64,000 nt of DNA from Pseudomonadota bacterium (GCA_039028835.1 JBCCHK010000007.1:72371-136370), one strand, 5' to 3'; shown: positions 1-9,705, counted from the stretch's first letter. Program-made: numbers and translations. Notes: generated from the sequence alone by a model not told the origin.

Positions 1-662
1 GTAACGGCTTTCTCGGTGTCCTGTCCTCGGCCATGGGGCCTTTGTGTGTCGTGCCCCTCTCTTTACTGGCGGCGGATCTTGCCCCTGACTGGCGGGCTGG
101 CGTATGGGCGAGCGGCTGGGCCATCATACTGGACGTGTTGGTCCTCGATCTCTTCCTTTACTGGTGGCACCGGGTGAATCACGAGTGGCCGATTCTCTGG
201 CGATTGCACGAAGTGCACCACCTAGATGAGCACCTGGATACCACCAGCGGGGTCCGCTTTCACTTTGGCGAAGTCGCGCTGGGCGCGGTTGCGCGCGCCC
301 CGGTCATCTTTTTGTTTGATATCTCCTTTGCATCGGTGCTGATTTTTGAGACTCTAGTGGTTGCGGGGGTGATCTTTCACCACTCCAACATCCGGCTCTC
401 GCCGGTGGTAGAGGCAATCCTCGCTCGAGTGATTATCACACCAGGGATTCACCGGGTGCATCATCACGCGCAACAAGCCGATACAGATAGCAACTATGGC
501 ACGATCTTCAGTTTTTGGGATCACCTGTTTGGTTCGGCAAGTGAGACTCGCGCCTTTGAGGGAATGACCTTCGGGGTGCAGGGGCGGCGACAGGATCAAA
601 GCCTGCCAAGGTTGCTGATTCGCCCGTTTGTACGCCGCCGGGGGAAGGAGCAAGCACGATGA
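1..662 (+). CDS. fatty-acid hydroxylase / sterol-desaturase superfamily membrane protein; 5' end lies beyond the window start
   Basis: His boxes HRVNH, HEVHH and HRVHHH with a hydrophobic membrane context. The frame is open to nt 3 upstream of the first Met at 33. The family also includes bacterial lipid hydroxylases (OlsE-like). Confidence 0.6.
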   Translation, partial: NGFLGVLSSAMGPLCVVPLSLLAADLAPDWRAGVWASGWAIILDVLVLDLFLYWWHRVNHEWPILWRLHEVHHLDEHLDTTSGVRFHFGEVALGAVARAPVIFLFDISFASVLIFETLVVAGVIFHHSNIRLSPVVEAILARVIITPGIHRVHHHAQQADTDSNYGTIFSFWDHLFGSASETRAFEGMTFGVQGRRQDQSLPRLLIRPFVRRRGKEQAR

Positions 663-1057
663 TTAAAGTGACCGGTACCACCGGGCCTCGTGTGCCTGTC
701 AAGCAACGAGATAAATCGCCGCACAGCGGTGCTTCGGTTAGTTTTCACGATGTCCTCTCACAACAAGAAACCCCCGCATCCACGCCCACCGCAGCGGTAA
801 CCGGGGGATTGATCCCGCCGCCTCAGGCGATTGTGCCGGACGAATCGCAGTCTAAGACTTGGGCTAAAGACATTTTGGATCAATTGGACGAATTGCGGAT
901 GGATTTTTTAGCCGGGCGTGTATCACCCAGCCGCCTAGAGCAGATCCAAAAACTTATTGAGCGTATCCCGCCGCAGGATCCTGCAACTCCCTTAGGTAGC
1001 CTTATCCGGGAAATAGAAATCCGGGCACGGGTGGAACTTGCTAAGCTATATAAATAG
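659..1057 (+). CDS. hypothetical protein (132 aa), ATGA-overlapped with the upstream hydroxylase gene
   Basis: ORF with a 4-bp overlap to the preceding gene. Pro/Thr-rich middle region and a predicted helical C-terminus. I recognise no family. Confidence 0.4.
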   Translation: MIKVTGTTGPRVPVKQRDKSPHSGASVSFHDVLSQQETPASTPTAAVTGGLIPPPQAIVPDESQSKTWAKDILDQLDELRMDFLAGRVSPSRLEQIQKLIERIPPQDPATPLGSLIREIEIRARVELAKLYK

Positions 1058-1136
1058 CGCGCATAAAGACAGACCCCAGACCCACCGCATGCAACAGCTA
1101 TCTTGTATAAAATCTATAACGCCATAAAAAACCATT

Positions 1137-1694
1137 ATGATGAACCCGCAAGACCGACCCGCAGTGCCCTCTCATACCCCTGCAGATCATTATGACTATG
1201 ATGACCTTATTGCCTGTGGTAAGGGCGCGTTGTTTGGTCCTGGTAATGCGCGCCTGCCGTTGCCGCCGATGCTGATGTTTGACCGCATTACCCATATCAG
1301 CGAGGGTAGCGGTGCGTTTTCTAAGGGCAGCGTCGATGCCGAGTTTGATGTCAAACCCGATCTGTGGTTTTACCAATGTCACTTCCAGACCGATCCGGTC
1401 ATGCCCGGGTGCTTGGGGTTGGATGCCTTATGGCAGTTGGTCGGGTTTTACCTCGGCTGGTGTGGTCGGCCTGGCCGAGGTCGCGCGCTGGGGGTTGGAA
1501 CTGTCCGCTTTAACGGTCAGGTGCTTCCGACGGTCAGCCGTGTGACCTATCACTTGGATCTTAAACGGGTGCTGATGGGCCGAATCACCATGGGCGTTGC
1601 GGACGGCTATGTCAGGGCCGATGATGAGCAAATCTATACCGCCAAGGATCTGCGTGTTGGTTTATTTACCAACATCGGCGCGGATTCTATGTAA
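1137..1694 (+). CDS. fabA: 3-hydroxydecanoyl-ACP dehydratase/isomerase
   Basis: FabA hot-dog fold motifs ([36 protein letters not shown]…[16 protein letters not shown]) at 185 aa. Confidence 0.9.
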   Translation: MMNPQDRPAVPSHTPADHYDYDDLIACGKGALFGPGNARLPLPPMLMFDRITHISEGSGAFSKGSVDAEFDVKPDLWFYQCHFQTDPVMPGCLGLDALWQLVGFYLGWCGRPGRGRALGVGTVRFNGQVLPTVSRVTYHLDLKRVLMGRITMGVADGYVRADDEQIYTAKDLRVGLFTNIGADSM

Positions 1695-1714
1695 CCATCT
1701 CTCAAAAACCTAAA

Positions 1715-1744
1715 AACAAAATCTAATCAAACAAAATCTAATCA
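1715..1744. repeat. 15-bp tandem direct repeat aacaaaatctaatca x2 in the fabA-fabB spacer
   Basis: Exact copies at 1715-1729 and 1730-1744, ~12 nt upstream of the fabB SD. Confidence 0.85.
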
Positions 1745-1755
1745 ACGGAGTGTCT

Positions 1756-2973
1756 ATGCGTCGTGTGGTCATTACAGGGCTTGGAATCGTAAGCAGCATC
1801 GGGGCAAATGCGCAGGAGGTCACCGCGTCGCTCCGTGAGGGTCGCTCTGGTATTGTGCGGGCTGATGTTTATGCTGATATGGGCTTTCGAAGTCATGTGC
1901 ATGGGGCCATCCCTGTGGATACGGATGCGCTGGTAGAGCGACGCTGGCGGCGGTTTATGGGCGAGGGCGTTGCTTATAACTATATTGCGGTGGAGCAGGC
2001 TCTTGCGGATGCCGGGCTTACCACCAGTGATATCAGCAACCCACGCACGGGCATGGTCATGGGCTCGGGCGGGCCGTCCACCGCCAGCTTGGTCGCGGCG
2101 GCCGATATCGCGCGCGAAAAGAGCCCCAAGCGTGTGGGTCCCTATGCGGTGCCGAAAACCATGTCGAGCACAAACTCCGCTGTCCTTGCTACCGCCTTTC
2201 AGATCAAAGGGCTCAGCTATTCGATCAGCTCAGCGTGCTCTACCTCCGCGCACTGTATCGGCAATGGCGCCGAGCTCATCCAGTTCGGCAAGCAAGACGT
2301 CATGCTGGTCGGTGGCGGCGAGGAGTTGGATTGGACGCTCAGCGTCTTGTTCGATGCCATGGGGGCGTTATCGTCAAAATATAACGACCAGCCTGGCAAA
2401 GCCTCACGCGCTTTTGATCGTCATCGCGATGGTTTTGTTATCTCCGGCGGTGGCGGCGTTTTGATCCTAGAAGAGCTATCCCATGCGCAAGCCCGTGGTG
2501 CACCGATCTATGCCGAGATTGTCGGCTATGGTGCCACCAGTGACGGCCACGATATGGTGGCCCCTTCCGGCGAGGGCGCTGAGCGTTGTATGCGTTTGGC
2601 CCTTGAGGGGGTGCAGGCCAAGGTGGACTATATCAACGCCCATGGCACCTCCACGCCGGTCGGTGATCCGGCGGAAACCGCGGCGATTGAACGAGTTTTT
2701 GGCAAGGACGCGCCGCGCGTGGCCTCTACCAAGTCCCTGACCGGCCATGCCTTGGGCGCCGCGGGTGTGTGTGAGGCAATCTATAGCTTGCTGATGATGA
2801 AACACGGTTTTCTTGCCGCCTCGGCCAATATCGATGAGATCGATCCCGAATGTCAGCAGGTGCCGATCATCACCGAGATGATGAACAACGCGTCGGTCGA
2901 TTGTGTCATGTCCAATAGTTTTGGTTTTGGCGGCACAAACGCGACTTTGGTGATGCAACGCTTTAATGGATAG
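1756..2973 (+). CDS. fabB: beta-ketoacyl-ACP synthase I
   Basis: KAS I sequence ([15 protein letters not shown]…, active-site Cys in [26 protein letters not shown]). GGAG Shine-Dalgarno 6 nt before the ATG at 1756. Confidence 0.9.
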   Translation: MRRVVITGLGIVSSIGANAQEVTASLREGRSGIVRADVYADMGFRSHVHGAIPVDTDALVERRWRRFMGEGVAYNYIAVEQALADAGLTTSDISNPRTGMVMGSGGPSTASLVAAADIAREKSPKRVGPYAVPKTMSSTNSAVLATAFQIKGLSYSISSACSTSAHCIGNGAELIQFGKQDVMLVGGGEELDWTLSVLFDAMGALSSKYNDQPGKASRAFDRHRDGFVISGGGGVLILEELSHAQARGAPIYAEIVGYGATSDGHDMVAPSGEGAERCMRLALEGVQAKVDYINAHGTSTPVGDPAETAAIERVFGKDAPRVASTKSLTGHALGAAGVCEAIYSLLMMKHGFLAASANIDEIDPECQQVPIITEMMNNASVDCVMSNSFGFGGTNATLVMQRFNG

Positions 2974-3000
2974 AAAGAAGATAGAAAAGAGAGATTGTTT

Positions 3001-3777
3001 ATGACCGGATTACTTCAAGGAAAGCGCGGCCTTGTTTTAGGGGTTGCCAATCATCACTCCATTGCTTGGGGGATTACCGCCGCCGCCGCCGCGCAAGGCG
3101 CGAGGGTGGCGCTGACTTATCAAAATGATGTCCTCAAGCCACGGGTAGAAAAACTTGCGAGCACACTTACCGATACGCCGCTTTATGAGTGTGATGTGCA
3201 AAACCCTGCCCATATCGATAGCCTTGCGAAAAATCTGAAAGGTGATGGGCTTGATTTTATCGTCCACAGCCTTGCCTTTGCCTCACGCCAATCGCTGGAA
3301 TCGCCCTTTATCGAAACCAGCGAGGAAGATTTTGTCCAGGCGATGACCATTTCGTGCTATTCGCTCATTGCGCTGACGCGCGCGCTTGCGCCGATCATGA
3401 ACGACGGCGGTAGCATACTCACGTTGACCTATATCGGTTCGCGCCGGGTGATCCCAAGCTATAACCTCATGGGGGTTGCGAAAGCAGCCCTAGAGGCCAG
3501 CGTGCGCTATCTCGCCCATGACCTTGGGCCGCGCGGCATCCGGGTCAATGCGATTTCAGCAGGCACCATGCGCACCCTAGCAGCAAGCGCGATTGGCGGC
3601 GCGCGTACGACTCACAAAATCAGCAACGACGCAACTCCCCTTTCACGGGAATTGACCTTGGATGAACTGGGCGGCGCAGGGGTGTACTTACTGAGCGATC
3701 TTTCCACCGCCGTCACGGGGGAGGTGCACAGCGTGGATTGTGGCTTTCACACGGTGGGTCTTGCCCATCCGGGATAG
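3001..3777 (+). CDS. fabI: enoyl-ACP reductase (NADH)
   Basis: FabI N-terminus GKRGLVLGVANHHSIAWGI and catalytic region. Follows fabA-fabB, as is common in alphaproteobacteria. Confidence 0.9.
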   Translation: MTGLLQGKRGLVLGVANHHSIAWGITAAAAAQGARVALTYQNDVLKPRVEKLASTLTDTPLYECDVQNPAHIDSLAKNLKGDGLDFIVHSLAFASRQSLESPFIETSEEDFVQAMTISCYSLIALTRALAPIMNDGGSILTLTYIGSRRVIPSYNLMGVAKAALEASVRYLAHDLGPRGIRVNAISAGTMRTLAASAIGGARTTHKISNDATPLSRELTLDELGGAGVYLLSDLSTAVTGEVHSVDCGFHTVGLAHPG

Positions 3778-3818
3778 AAAATCCTGCGCTCAGGTTACCC
3801 GGCGTAGGATTTTTCTTC
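3778..3818. terminator. bidirectional hairpin terminator between the convergent fabI and 3795..4190 genes
   Basis: aatcctgcgc / gcgtaggatt stem (10 bp with one G-U pair) and a 12-nt loop, followed by TTTTCTTCG. The stop codon of the minus-strand gene lies in the loop. Confidence 0.55.
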
Positions 3819-4190
3819 GTGAAGTTCCGAGCCCAGCAGGATATTGAGCTCTTTTTTAATGGCCGCGCGGTGATCGTTGGTTTGGTAGACCGCGCGCGCC
3901 AGGCGAATAAAGCGAGCCTGGAAGTCCTGCGCTTTTTCGCATTCGCGAATCGCATCCTCGATATCCCACAATTGCTCGTTAATCGCCTTAAGTTCATCTA
4001 TTTTGGCCTGGATTTCTTGCGCGTCTATTTTATCGTGTGTCCTTATGGCACATAGGGCGGTGTGCTCTTTTTCCACATTCGCCCGCTTGCCTGGATCGTT
4101 GATGCGCTCCAGTTTGATTTCTAGGATTGAGATTTTATCCAAGAGCTCTCCCCAGGAGATCGGCGCTCGTAACATATCAAGGGTCCTCAT
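3795..4190 (-). CDS. hypothetical coiled-coil protein, possibly DUF6165-like
   Basis: 131-aa helical, charged ORF overlapping by 14 nt the ABC ATPase gene upstream of it in the same operon. The family assignment is from memory only. Confidence 0.5.
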   Translation of the reverse strand: MRTLDMLRAPISWGELLDKISILEIKLERINDPGKRANVEKEHTALCAIRTHDKIDAQEIQAKIDELKAINEQLWDIEDAIRECEKAQDFQARFIRLARAVYQTNDHRAAIKKELNILLGSELHEEKSYAG

Positions 4191-5247
4191 TATTTAAGAT
4201 TAAGACATCCTCGCGAGAAAACCCGACGAGCACCTCTTGCTGGCCCTCTATCGCAGGGTGGGTATGGCTCACCAGAATGCTCGCCCCGCGCGATAAGCGT
4301 GCGTGAATCAAACTACGATCGCCAAGAAAAGAAACGCGCTCAATGTGCCCGGGGGTCGTAATGTCCGCATCGTCATGGGATCGGCACAAACGCAGCGACT
4401 CAGGCCGTAAGCCAATCATACAATCGCCCGGGGTGGTGTCGGCACGTGTTGGGTCAATGTGCCAGCTGCCTAACTGGTCACAATCCAGGCGTGGGTTATG
4501 CGGATCATCATCGATCACCTGCGCCTTAAAGGTATTCATTTTTCCCATAAAGGTAGCGATTTCTATATTACGCGGACGATGATAAAGCTCTTGCGGGGTG
4601 GCCGTTTGTTTGCACTGACCATCGAACATCACGGCGATATGATCGGATAAACAAAGGGCATCATCTTGGTCGTGGGTGACAAATACGAAGGTGATGCCAA
4701 GATGGTCTTTCAAGCGCACCAGTTCCTCGCGCATAATCTCACGCAGTTGGCGGTCTAGCGCGCTAAGGGGCTCGTCCAGTAGCAGGATTTTTGGCCGCTT
4801 CACCAGCGCGCGGGCCAGCGCGGTGCGTTGCCGCTGGCCGCCTGAGAGTTGGTGCGGGCGACGCGCGCGATAGGGTTCGATGCGCACCAATGCCATGGCA
4901 TCTGTCACCCGCTGGTTGATTTGTGTACGGGAAAGATTATCGTTATGTAGGCCGTAGGCAATGTTGTCCGCCACACTCAGGTGTGGAAACAGCGCATAGT
5001 CTTGAAAAATCATGTTGGTCGGGCGGCGGTAAGCAGGGACGTGAGTCATATCTTGCCCGTCGATGGTGATTGTGCCCTTATCTGGCCGCTCAAGCCCGGC
5101 AATTAAACGAAGCAAGGTGGATTTGCCGCAGCCCGAAGGGCCGAGAATAGAAAAAAAGGCGTTTTGCGGAATCGTCAGGGTAATATCATCAACCGCGCAG
5201 GTTGTCCCAAACCGTTTGCTTAGGGCTGTCAACACAAGCGCACTCAT
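4177..5247 (-). CDS. ABC transporter ATP-binding protein (PotA/FbpC-like importer ATPase)
   Basis: Walker A GPSGCGKST, signature LSGGQRQR, Walker B LLLDEPLSALD, plus a C-terminal TOBE-like domain. Confidence 0.85.
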   Translation of the reverse strand: MSALVLTALSKRFGTTCAVDDITLTIPQNAFFSILGPSGCGKSTLLRLIAGLERPDKGTITIDGQDMTHVPAYRRPTNMIFQDYALFPHLSVADNIAYGLHNDNLSRTQINQRVTDAMALVRIEPYRARRPHQLSGGQRQRTALARALVKRPKILLLDEPLSALDRQLREIMREELVRLKDHLGITFVFVTHDQDDALCLSDHIAVMFDGQCKQTATPQELYHRPRNIEIATFMGKMNTFKAQVIDDDPHNPRLDCDQLGSWHIDPTRADTTPGDCMIGLRPESLRLCRSHDDADITTPGHIERVSFLGDRSLIHARLSRGASILVSHTHPAIEGQQEVLVGFSREDVLILNNEDP

Positions 5248-5257
5248 TGTGTCATAC

Positions 5258-6106
5258 TCATTGTGTTTTGCTCATGTGCTTTCCATCTTTGGCTGTCACT
5301 GATCGGTAGGAAAGCCACTGAACAAAGGCAAGAATCATCAAGGTGCCAACCAAAATCAAAGACGAGAGGGCAAGAACGTAAGGCAGTTTTTGCGGGAAGC
5401 GAAGCTGGCTATAGATATAGACCGGCAAGGTTGGCTCGTTAGAGGCCAGGAAAAAAGATACGATAAACTCATCGAAGGATAATGTGAAGGTAATCAAGAA
5501 GCAAGCGAGCGCCGAGGGAGCAATCAAAGGAAGCAACACCCGCCAGTAGGTCGCAAGGTAGCCTACCCCTAAATCAAAAGAGGCCTCCTCCAGTTGCGGA
5601 TCCAGACTCACAAAACGGGCGTACATAATGGTCACCGCAAAGGGCAGGGTAATCACCAAATGCCCGAGGATCACCGTCCAGGAAGAAAGACCGATGGGGG
5701 CAAAAACCATCGTGAGTCCCATACCGATAAAAATCTCTGGAACGAGTAACGGACTCATGTAGATACCATTGAGAATCCTTTGGCTCTTGCGGGTGCGCAC
5801 GGCTAGATGACGGGCCGTGCCGGTTGCGATCACGGTGGCAAGCAAGGCAGTGATCCCGGCAATGCGCAAGCTGGTCATCAACGCACCGAGTAACGCCGGA
5901 TCATCAGGCAGGGCGCGATACCAATCCCACGTCACCCCCTTATAGGGAAAAGAGATATAAAGACTGTCATGGACAGAAAACAGCGGAATCAACAAAATGG
6001 GCATAAATAGAAAAAACCCATACACCAGCGTATAGATAAACCGCCAGGAAACGGGTGCTCGATGGGCAACAGTCAGGCTCATCGATCTGCCCGTCCTGTC
6101 ATCCAC
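5258..6106 (-). CDS. ABC transporter permease (PotC-like)
   Basis: Six hydrophobic segments and an EAA loop (EEASFDLGVGYLATYWRVLLPLIAP). Confidence 0.8.
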   Translation of the reverse strand: MDDRTGRSMSLTVAHRAPVSWRFIYTLVYGFFLFMPILLIPLFSVHDSLYISFPYKGVTWDWYRALPDDPALLGALMTSLRIAGITALLATVIATGTARHLAVRTRKSQRILNGIYMSPLLVPEIFIGMGLTMVFAPIGLSSWTVILGHLVITLPFAVTIMYARFVSLDPQLEEASFDLGVGYLATYWRVLLPLIAPSALACFLITFTLSFDEFIVSFFLASNEPTLPVYIYSQLRFPQKLPYVLALSSLILVGTLMILAFVQWLSYRSVTAKDGKHMSKTQ

Positions 6107-7008
6107 CGGATCAGCAGGTGATAGGTCATCACCAAGGTACTCGCCGCCAGACTCATCGTTAGCATGAAAATCACCGCCATCGCGGCACCGGCGGGCCAGT
6201 CTTGAGCGCGGGCAAACAGTAAAAAGATCACATTGCCGATCATCGCTCCGGTGGGTCCACCCACCAAGCTGGGGGTGATATAATCCCCAGCGGTGGGAAT
6301 AAACACGACGAGAAACGCAGCGAGCAACCCGGGGCTAGAAAGGGGGACGATCAATCGAAAAAATCGCCGTACCTGGCTGTCACCAAGGTCCGTGGCGGCC
6401 TGCAACACTTGCGGGGAAATATGATTAAGAGAAACGAAAATCGGCAACACGGCAAAGGGTGCCCAAGAATGAATCAAGGTAATGATGACAGCAGCTTTGT
6501 TATAGAGCAAAAACCCCAGCGGGGTTTCGATCATTCCCGTTGTAAGCAGCGTGCTGTTTATAATGCCGTCATAGCCGAGGATAATTTTCCAGGCGAAAAT
6601 GCGCAAAAGATAGCTCGACCAAAAGGGTAGGGTAATCAACGCAAGCCAGAAAAACTTATATCGTGTATCGAAGGCTAGAAAAAAAGCGACTGGATAAGCT
6701 AACACCACCGAAGTCAACGCGACGACAGCGGCAATCACCAACGAACGCAACAAGATCAAGAGGTAAGACTCGCGGGCAAGAATCTGGCCAAAATTATCCA
6801 ACGTCAGATCAAAAACAATGGAAAATCCCTGTTTTTGCGCAAGAGCCACGGCCAGCAGCATCGTCAGCGGGGCAAGCACACCAATGGCTATGAGGCCAAA
6901 GGCGGGAAGTGACGCACTGTGGGATACCATGGGGGATATTCTGGGAGATAAGCGGCGGAAGGCCATTAATTCACTCTTAACCAATGGAGGATATGATCGC
7001 CCCATCAT
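6079..7008 (-). CDS. ABC transporter permease (PotB-like); start uncertain, range 6909-7125
   Basis: EAA loop ATDLGDSQVRRFFRLIVP. A long N-terminal leader in the ORF suggests an internal start. 28-nt overlap with the downstream permease. Confidence 0.75.
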   Translation of the reverse strand: MMGRSYPPLVKSELMAFRRLSPRISPMVSHSASLPAFGLIAIGVLAPLTMLLAVALAQKQGFSIVFDLTLDNFGQILARESYLLILLRSLVIAAVVALTSVVLAYPVAFFLAFDTRYKFFWLALITLPFWSSYLLRIFAWKIILGYDGIINSTLLTTGMIETPLGFLLYNKAAVIITLIHSWAPFAVLPIFVSLNHISPQVLQAATDLGDSQVRRFFRLIVPLSSPGLLAAFLVVFIPTAGDYITPSLVGGPTGAMIGNVIFLLFARAQDWPAGAAMAVIFMLTMSLAASTLVMTYHLLIRWMTGRADR

Positions 7009-7030
7009 CTTGTAAGCAAGGGAGGTGGGC

Positions 7031-7663
7031 ATGGTTGCCTTGTTATGGACAAGCCAAGAGTTTAGGAAAAAAATCGCGCCTTTTGAAGGCGAAAAAGGCG
7101 TCGGTGTCCCGCGCAGTGCTCTCACTGACCGGCTGGATGACTACCATCGTGATCTTAAAAAAGGTGACTGGGGGCGGGTTATCCCAGCGGTGACCTTCGT
7201 CCAGCGCGAGGTCACTAAGTATAAAAACAGTGTGAAAAAAACGGTCGACGAGGTTCGCAAAGATAAAACCGACAAGCCCCGCAACAAGGCCGTCGATCAA
7301 TGGGAAAAGGCGGTCGGTGAGTTTGAGAAGGCCATCGCTGCATGCAAAAAAGATTGCGACGCCATGAATAAAATCATGCTAGAGCTCGATCAGCGGATCA
7401 TCGATGCCGAGGATTGGCTCGTAAGCTTTAAGGAAACCGGCGCCGAAAACCTCAGCCACAGAGATATCAGCGGGTTTGTGCGCAACAGCCTTGCTCCGAT
7501 CAGCACGTTGCTGGCGCGTTTGAGTAAACTGGATAAGGCTTGGGATAGAAAAATCAAAATCGTCAACGGCATCTCATCGATTGCACGCAAAGAGCTTTCC
7601 CCCTCGCAGATTGCTCAGGCCATCAAAGCCATCGAGGTTGGCCTTAATCAGTTGCAAAAATGA
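7031..7663 (+). CDS. hypothetical protein, paralog A of a tandem pair
   Basis: Strong SD AAGGGAGG 7 nt before the ATG at 7031. Hydrophilic, Lys-rich, with no signal peptide. Shares the motif F+KK…EG.GGVG…KK.W…RE…Y..SV.KT..VRK..TDK.R.K..D.W with the next ORF. Confidence 0.6.
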   Translation: MVALLWTSQEFRKKIAPFEGEKGVGVPRSALTDRLDDYHRDLKKGDWGRVIPAVTFVQREVTKYKNSVKKTVDEVRKDKTDKPRNKAVDQWEKAVGEFEKAIAACKKDCDAMNKIMLELDQRIIDAEDWLVSFKETGAENLSHRDISGFVRNSLAPISTLLARLSKLDKAWDRKIKIVNGISSIARKELSPSQIAQAIKAIEVGLNQLQK

Positions 7664-8283
7664 TGAAGATGAAGACTCCCACCTTGCCCACGGGGCGAGC
7701 GTTTCAGAAAAAGGTCGACGCCTATGAGGGCCCCGGCGGGGTAGGCACGATCCAGGGCAACGTGCCAGCCATTCTTGATAAGTTTCATCAGGCAGTGAAA
7801 AAGAAAAACTGGCTTGCGGCGCAAGAGATTTATCGCCGAGTCCATCGCGAGTTGCATGCCTACCAAGCAAGTGTGAGTAAGACAATCACCCAGGTGCGTA
7901 AACAAGGTACGGATAAAAAACGGCTCAAGGTCATCGATGCGTGGACGGTGTATCTGCGCGATACAAGAAATAAATGGGCAGCAGACGGACTTATCTTTCG
8001 GGCGATGCCCTCGATCCTTAAGGATATGGACGCAGTGGAAGAAGAACTCAAGGCAATGAAAACGAGCACATCACCCGAAGAGGTGCAGGCGTTTTTCGAA
8101 GACGTTGTCACGCCCTTGCGCATGTCGCTTAAAAAATTGGTGGCCATCGATCCTGCCAAGCGTGGCCAGATGAAGATGCTAGAACAGCTTGCAACCACCG
8201 CCATGCGTCCTGATTTGCATCCCAAGCAAGCCGGACAGGTCCTCAAGGCCCTGGGTGTTCTCCTAAAGCAAATGCGCGGTTAA
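7660..8283 (+). CDS. hypothetical protein, paralog B of a tandem pair
   Basis: The start ATG overlaps the stop of paralog A (ATGA). The sequence is alignable to paralog A over the N-terminal ~100 aa. Confidence 0.6.
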   Translation: MMKMKTPTLPTGRAFQKKVDAYEGPGGVGTIQGNVPAILDKFHQAVKKKNWLAAQEIYRRVHRELHAYQASVSKTITQVRKQGTDKKRLKVIDAWTVYLRDTRNKWAADGLIFRAMPSILKDMDAVEEELKAMKTSTSPEEVQAFFEDVVTPLRMSLKKLVAIDPAKRGQMKMLEQLATTAMRPDLHPKQAGQVLKALGVLLKQMRG

Positions 8284-8304
8284 GCCTGCTGCGCGTGTTT
8301 TAAG

Positions 8305-9039
8305 TCATGGGCTAAAAAGGCCACGTTGATCCAGCCGCACGCCATCTTTGAGAGCCTCAAAATACAGCCTTGGATCGTCAGCCTTGCCGCTTTGTCCGGC
8401 GCGGGCGATAATTTGCCCGCGTGAGACAATATCGCCAGGTTTCACCAGGCTTGCGCGTAGATGGCCGTAAACGGTCATAAAACCGCCCTCATGATAAAGC
8501 GCAACCACGCGGCCAAAATCACCGACCTGCGCCTGGTTGAATAAAACAACGCCAGTCTTTGCGGCGCGCACCGGCGCGCTGCGTCCCACCGCCCAAATCC
8601 GGTGATCGGTCTGCTGGGTCTCGATCACATTGCCGCGTACAGGTAAAAGAAAATCACGCCTGGCGGGCGGCGGAGACATGATGGCAATCAGCTCGGTGTT
8701 TGCAAGAGCGTCACTGGGATAGAGGATCTTGCGCGGCTGATTTTGTGCTTGGTCATCATAGGGTGGCGCGCCTGTTGGAATCGTGAGCTCTTGGCCGAGG
8801 TGAATAATATAGGGCGGAGGTAGATTATTGGCGCGGGCAAGCCATGGGGTGGCGATATCCAATTGCGCTGCAAGCGTATTCAGGGTGTCGCCACGCGTCA
8901 CGAAGACCTGTTTGGGGGCGTCATTGGCCGTGTTTGTCGGTTGCGGAATCCTATAAGACGTCTCACAACCCGCTAGTAACAGGCTTAGCAAAAGAACGGA
9001 AAACAGGGACGTTGTGCGAGTCATCAGCAAGGATATCAC
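8305..9039 (-). CDS. nlpD: LysM/M23 peptidase lipoprotein (NlpD-like)
   Basis: Lipobox LLAGC, a LysM-like segment (VTRGDTLNTLAAQL) and an M23 domain (GVVLFNQ…HLRASLVKPGDIVSRGQIIARAGQSG). Follows pcm and surE. Confidence 0.8.
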   Translation of the reverse strand: MISLLMTRTTSLFSVLLLSLLLAGCETSYRIPQPTNTANDAPKQVFVTRGDTLNTLAAQLDIATPWLARANNLPPPYIIHLGQELTIPTGAPPYDDQAQNQPRKILYPSDALANTELIAIMSPPPARRDFLLPVRGNVIETQQTDHRIWAVGRSAPVRAAKTGVVLFNQAQVGDFGRVVALYHEGGFMTVYGHLRASLVKPGDIVSRGQIIARAGQSGKADDPRLYFEALKDGVRLDQRGLFSP

Positions 9040-9698
9040 GGGTTTTTCTCGAAGGTAGGAGAAATCAGGGGGACAAAACGGACCGGCATGAATGCCTCGG
9101 ATTTCAGGTGACCATTGTGCAAGCTAACCCGGGTTATTCGCAAGGCACCCTGGGCATCGGGCAGAGGGGCGATCAAAATACCGTCCGGTGCGAGTTGCTG
9201 GACCCATGCCTTAAGCAGATGCGGGGCAGCGGCGGTAACGATGATCCGCGGGAAGGGCAGGTTCTCGCGCCATCCCAGCGCGCCGTCCCCTCGTTTGGCG
9301 GTGACGTTGCGAAGGCGTAACTCTGCGAACCGCTTGCTGGCTTGCTCAAACAAGACCCGGTGCCGTTCAATGGTATAAACCCTGCGAAAGAGCTTGGCGA
9401 GGATGGCGGTTTGGTAGCCGCAGCCGGTACCGATCTCCAGTACCCGCATCCGTGCATCGGGCTGGAGTAAGGTGGTCATCCACGCGACCACGGTGGGCTG
9501 GCTGATCGACTGGCCGGCGTCGATGGGCAGGGCGGTATCGTCCCAGCTGGCGTGGGTTAAAGAGGAGGGCACAAACATCTCGCGCGGCACATCGCTCATC
9601 CTTGCAAGGATTTTGGCGGGGATGCCATCTTTTTCTATTTTTGCCAGCAGGCGCCGCTTTTTCTGTTCGAGCCACCCATCAGGCGATTTTGCGATCAT
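9036..9698 (-). CDS. pcm: protein-L-isoaspartate O-methyltransferase
   Basis: SAM-MTase motif VLEIGTGCGYQTAILA and the conserved SurE-Pcm-NlpD synteny. Confidence 0.85.
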   Translation of the reverse strand: MIAKSPDGWLEQKKRRLLAKIEKDGIPAKILARMSDVPREMFVPSSLTHASWDDTALPIDAGQSISQPTVVAWMTTLLQPDARMRVLEIGTGCGYQTAILAKLFRRVYTIERHRVLFEQASKRFAELRLRNVTAKRGDGALGWRENLPFPRIIVTAAAPHLLKAWVQQLAPDGILIAPLPDAQGALRITRVSLHNGHLKSEAFMPVRFVPLISPTFEKNP

Positions 9699-9705
9699 CT
9701 CGCGG

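Noticed and set aside
1970-2464. 164-aa ORF overlapping fabB
   Set aside because: It is an out-of-frame shadow ORF within well-supported fabB and has no homology signal. The same reasoning applies to the many shadow ORFs over the ribosomal cluster, cobN, mfd and htpG.
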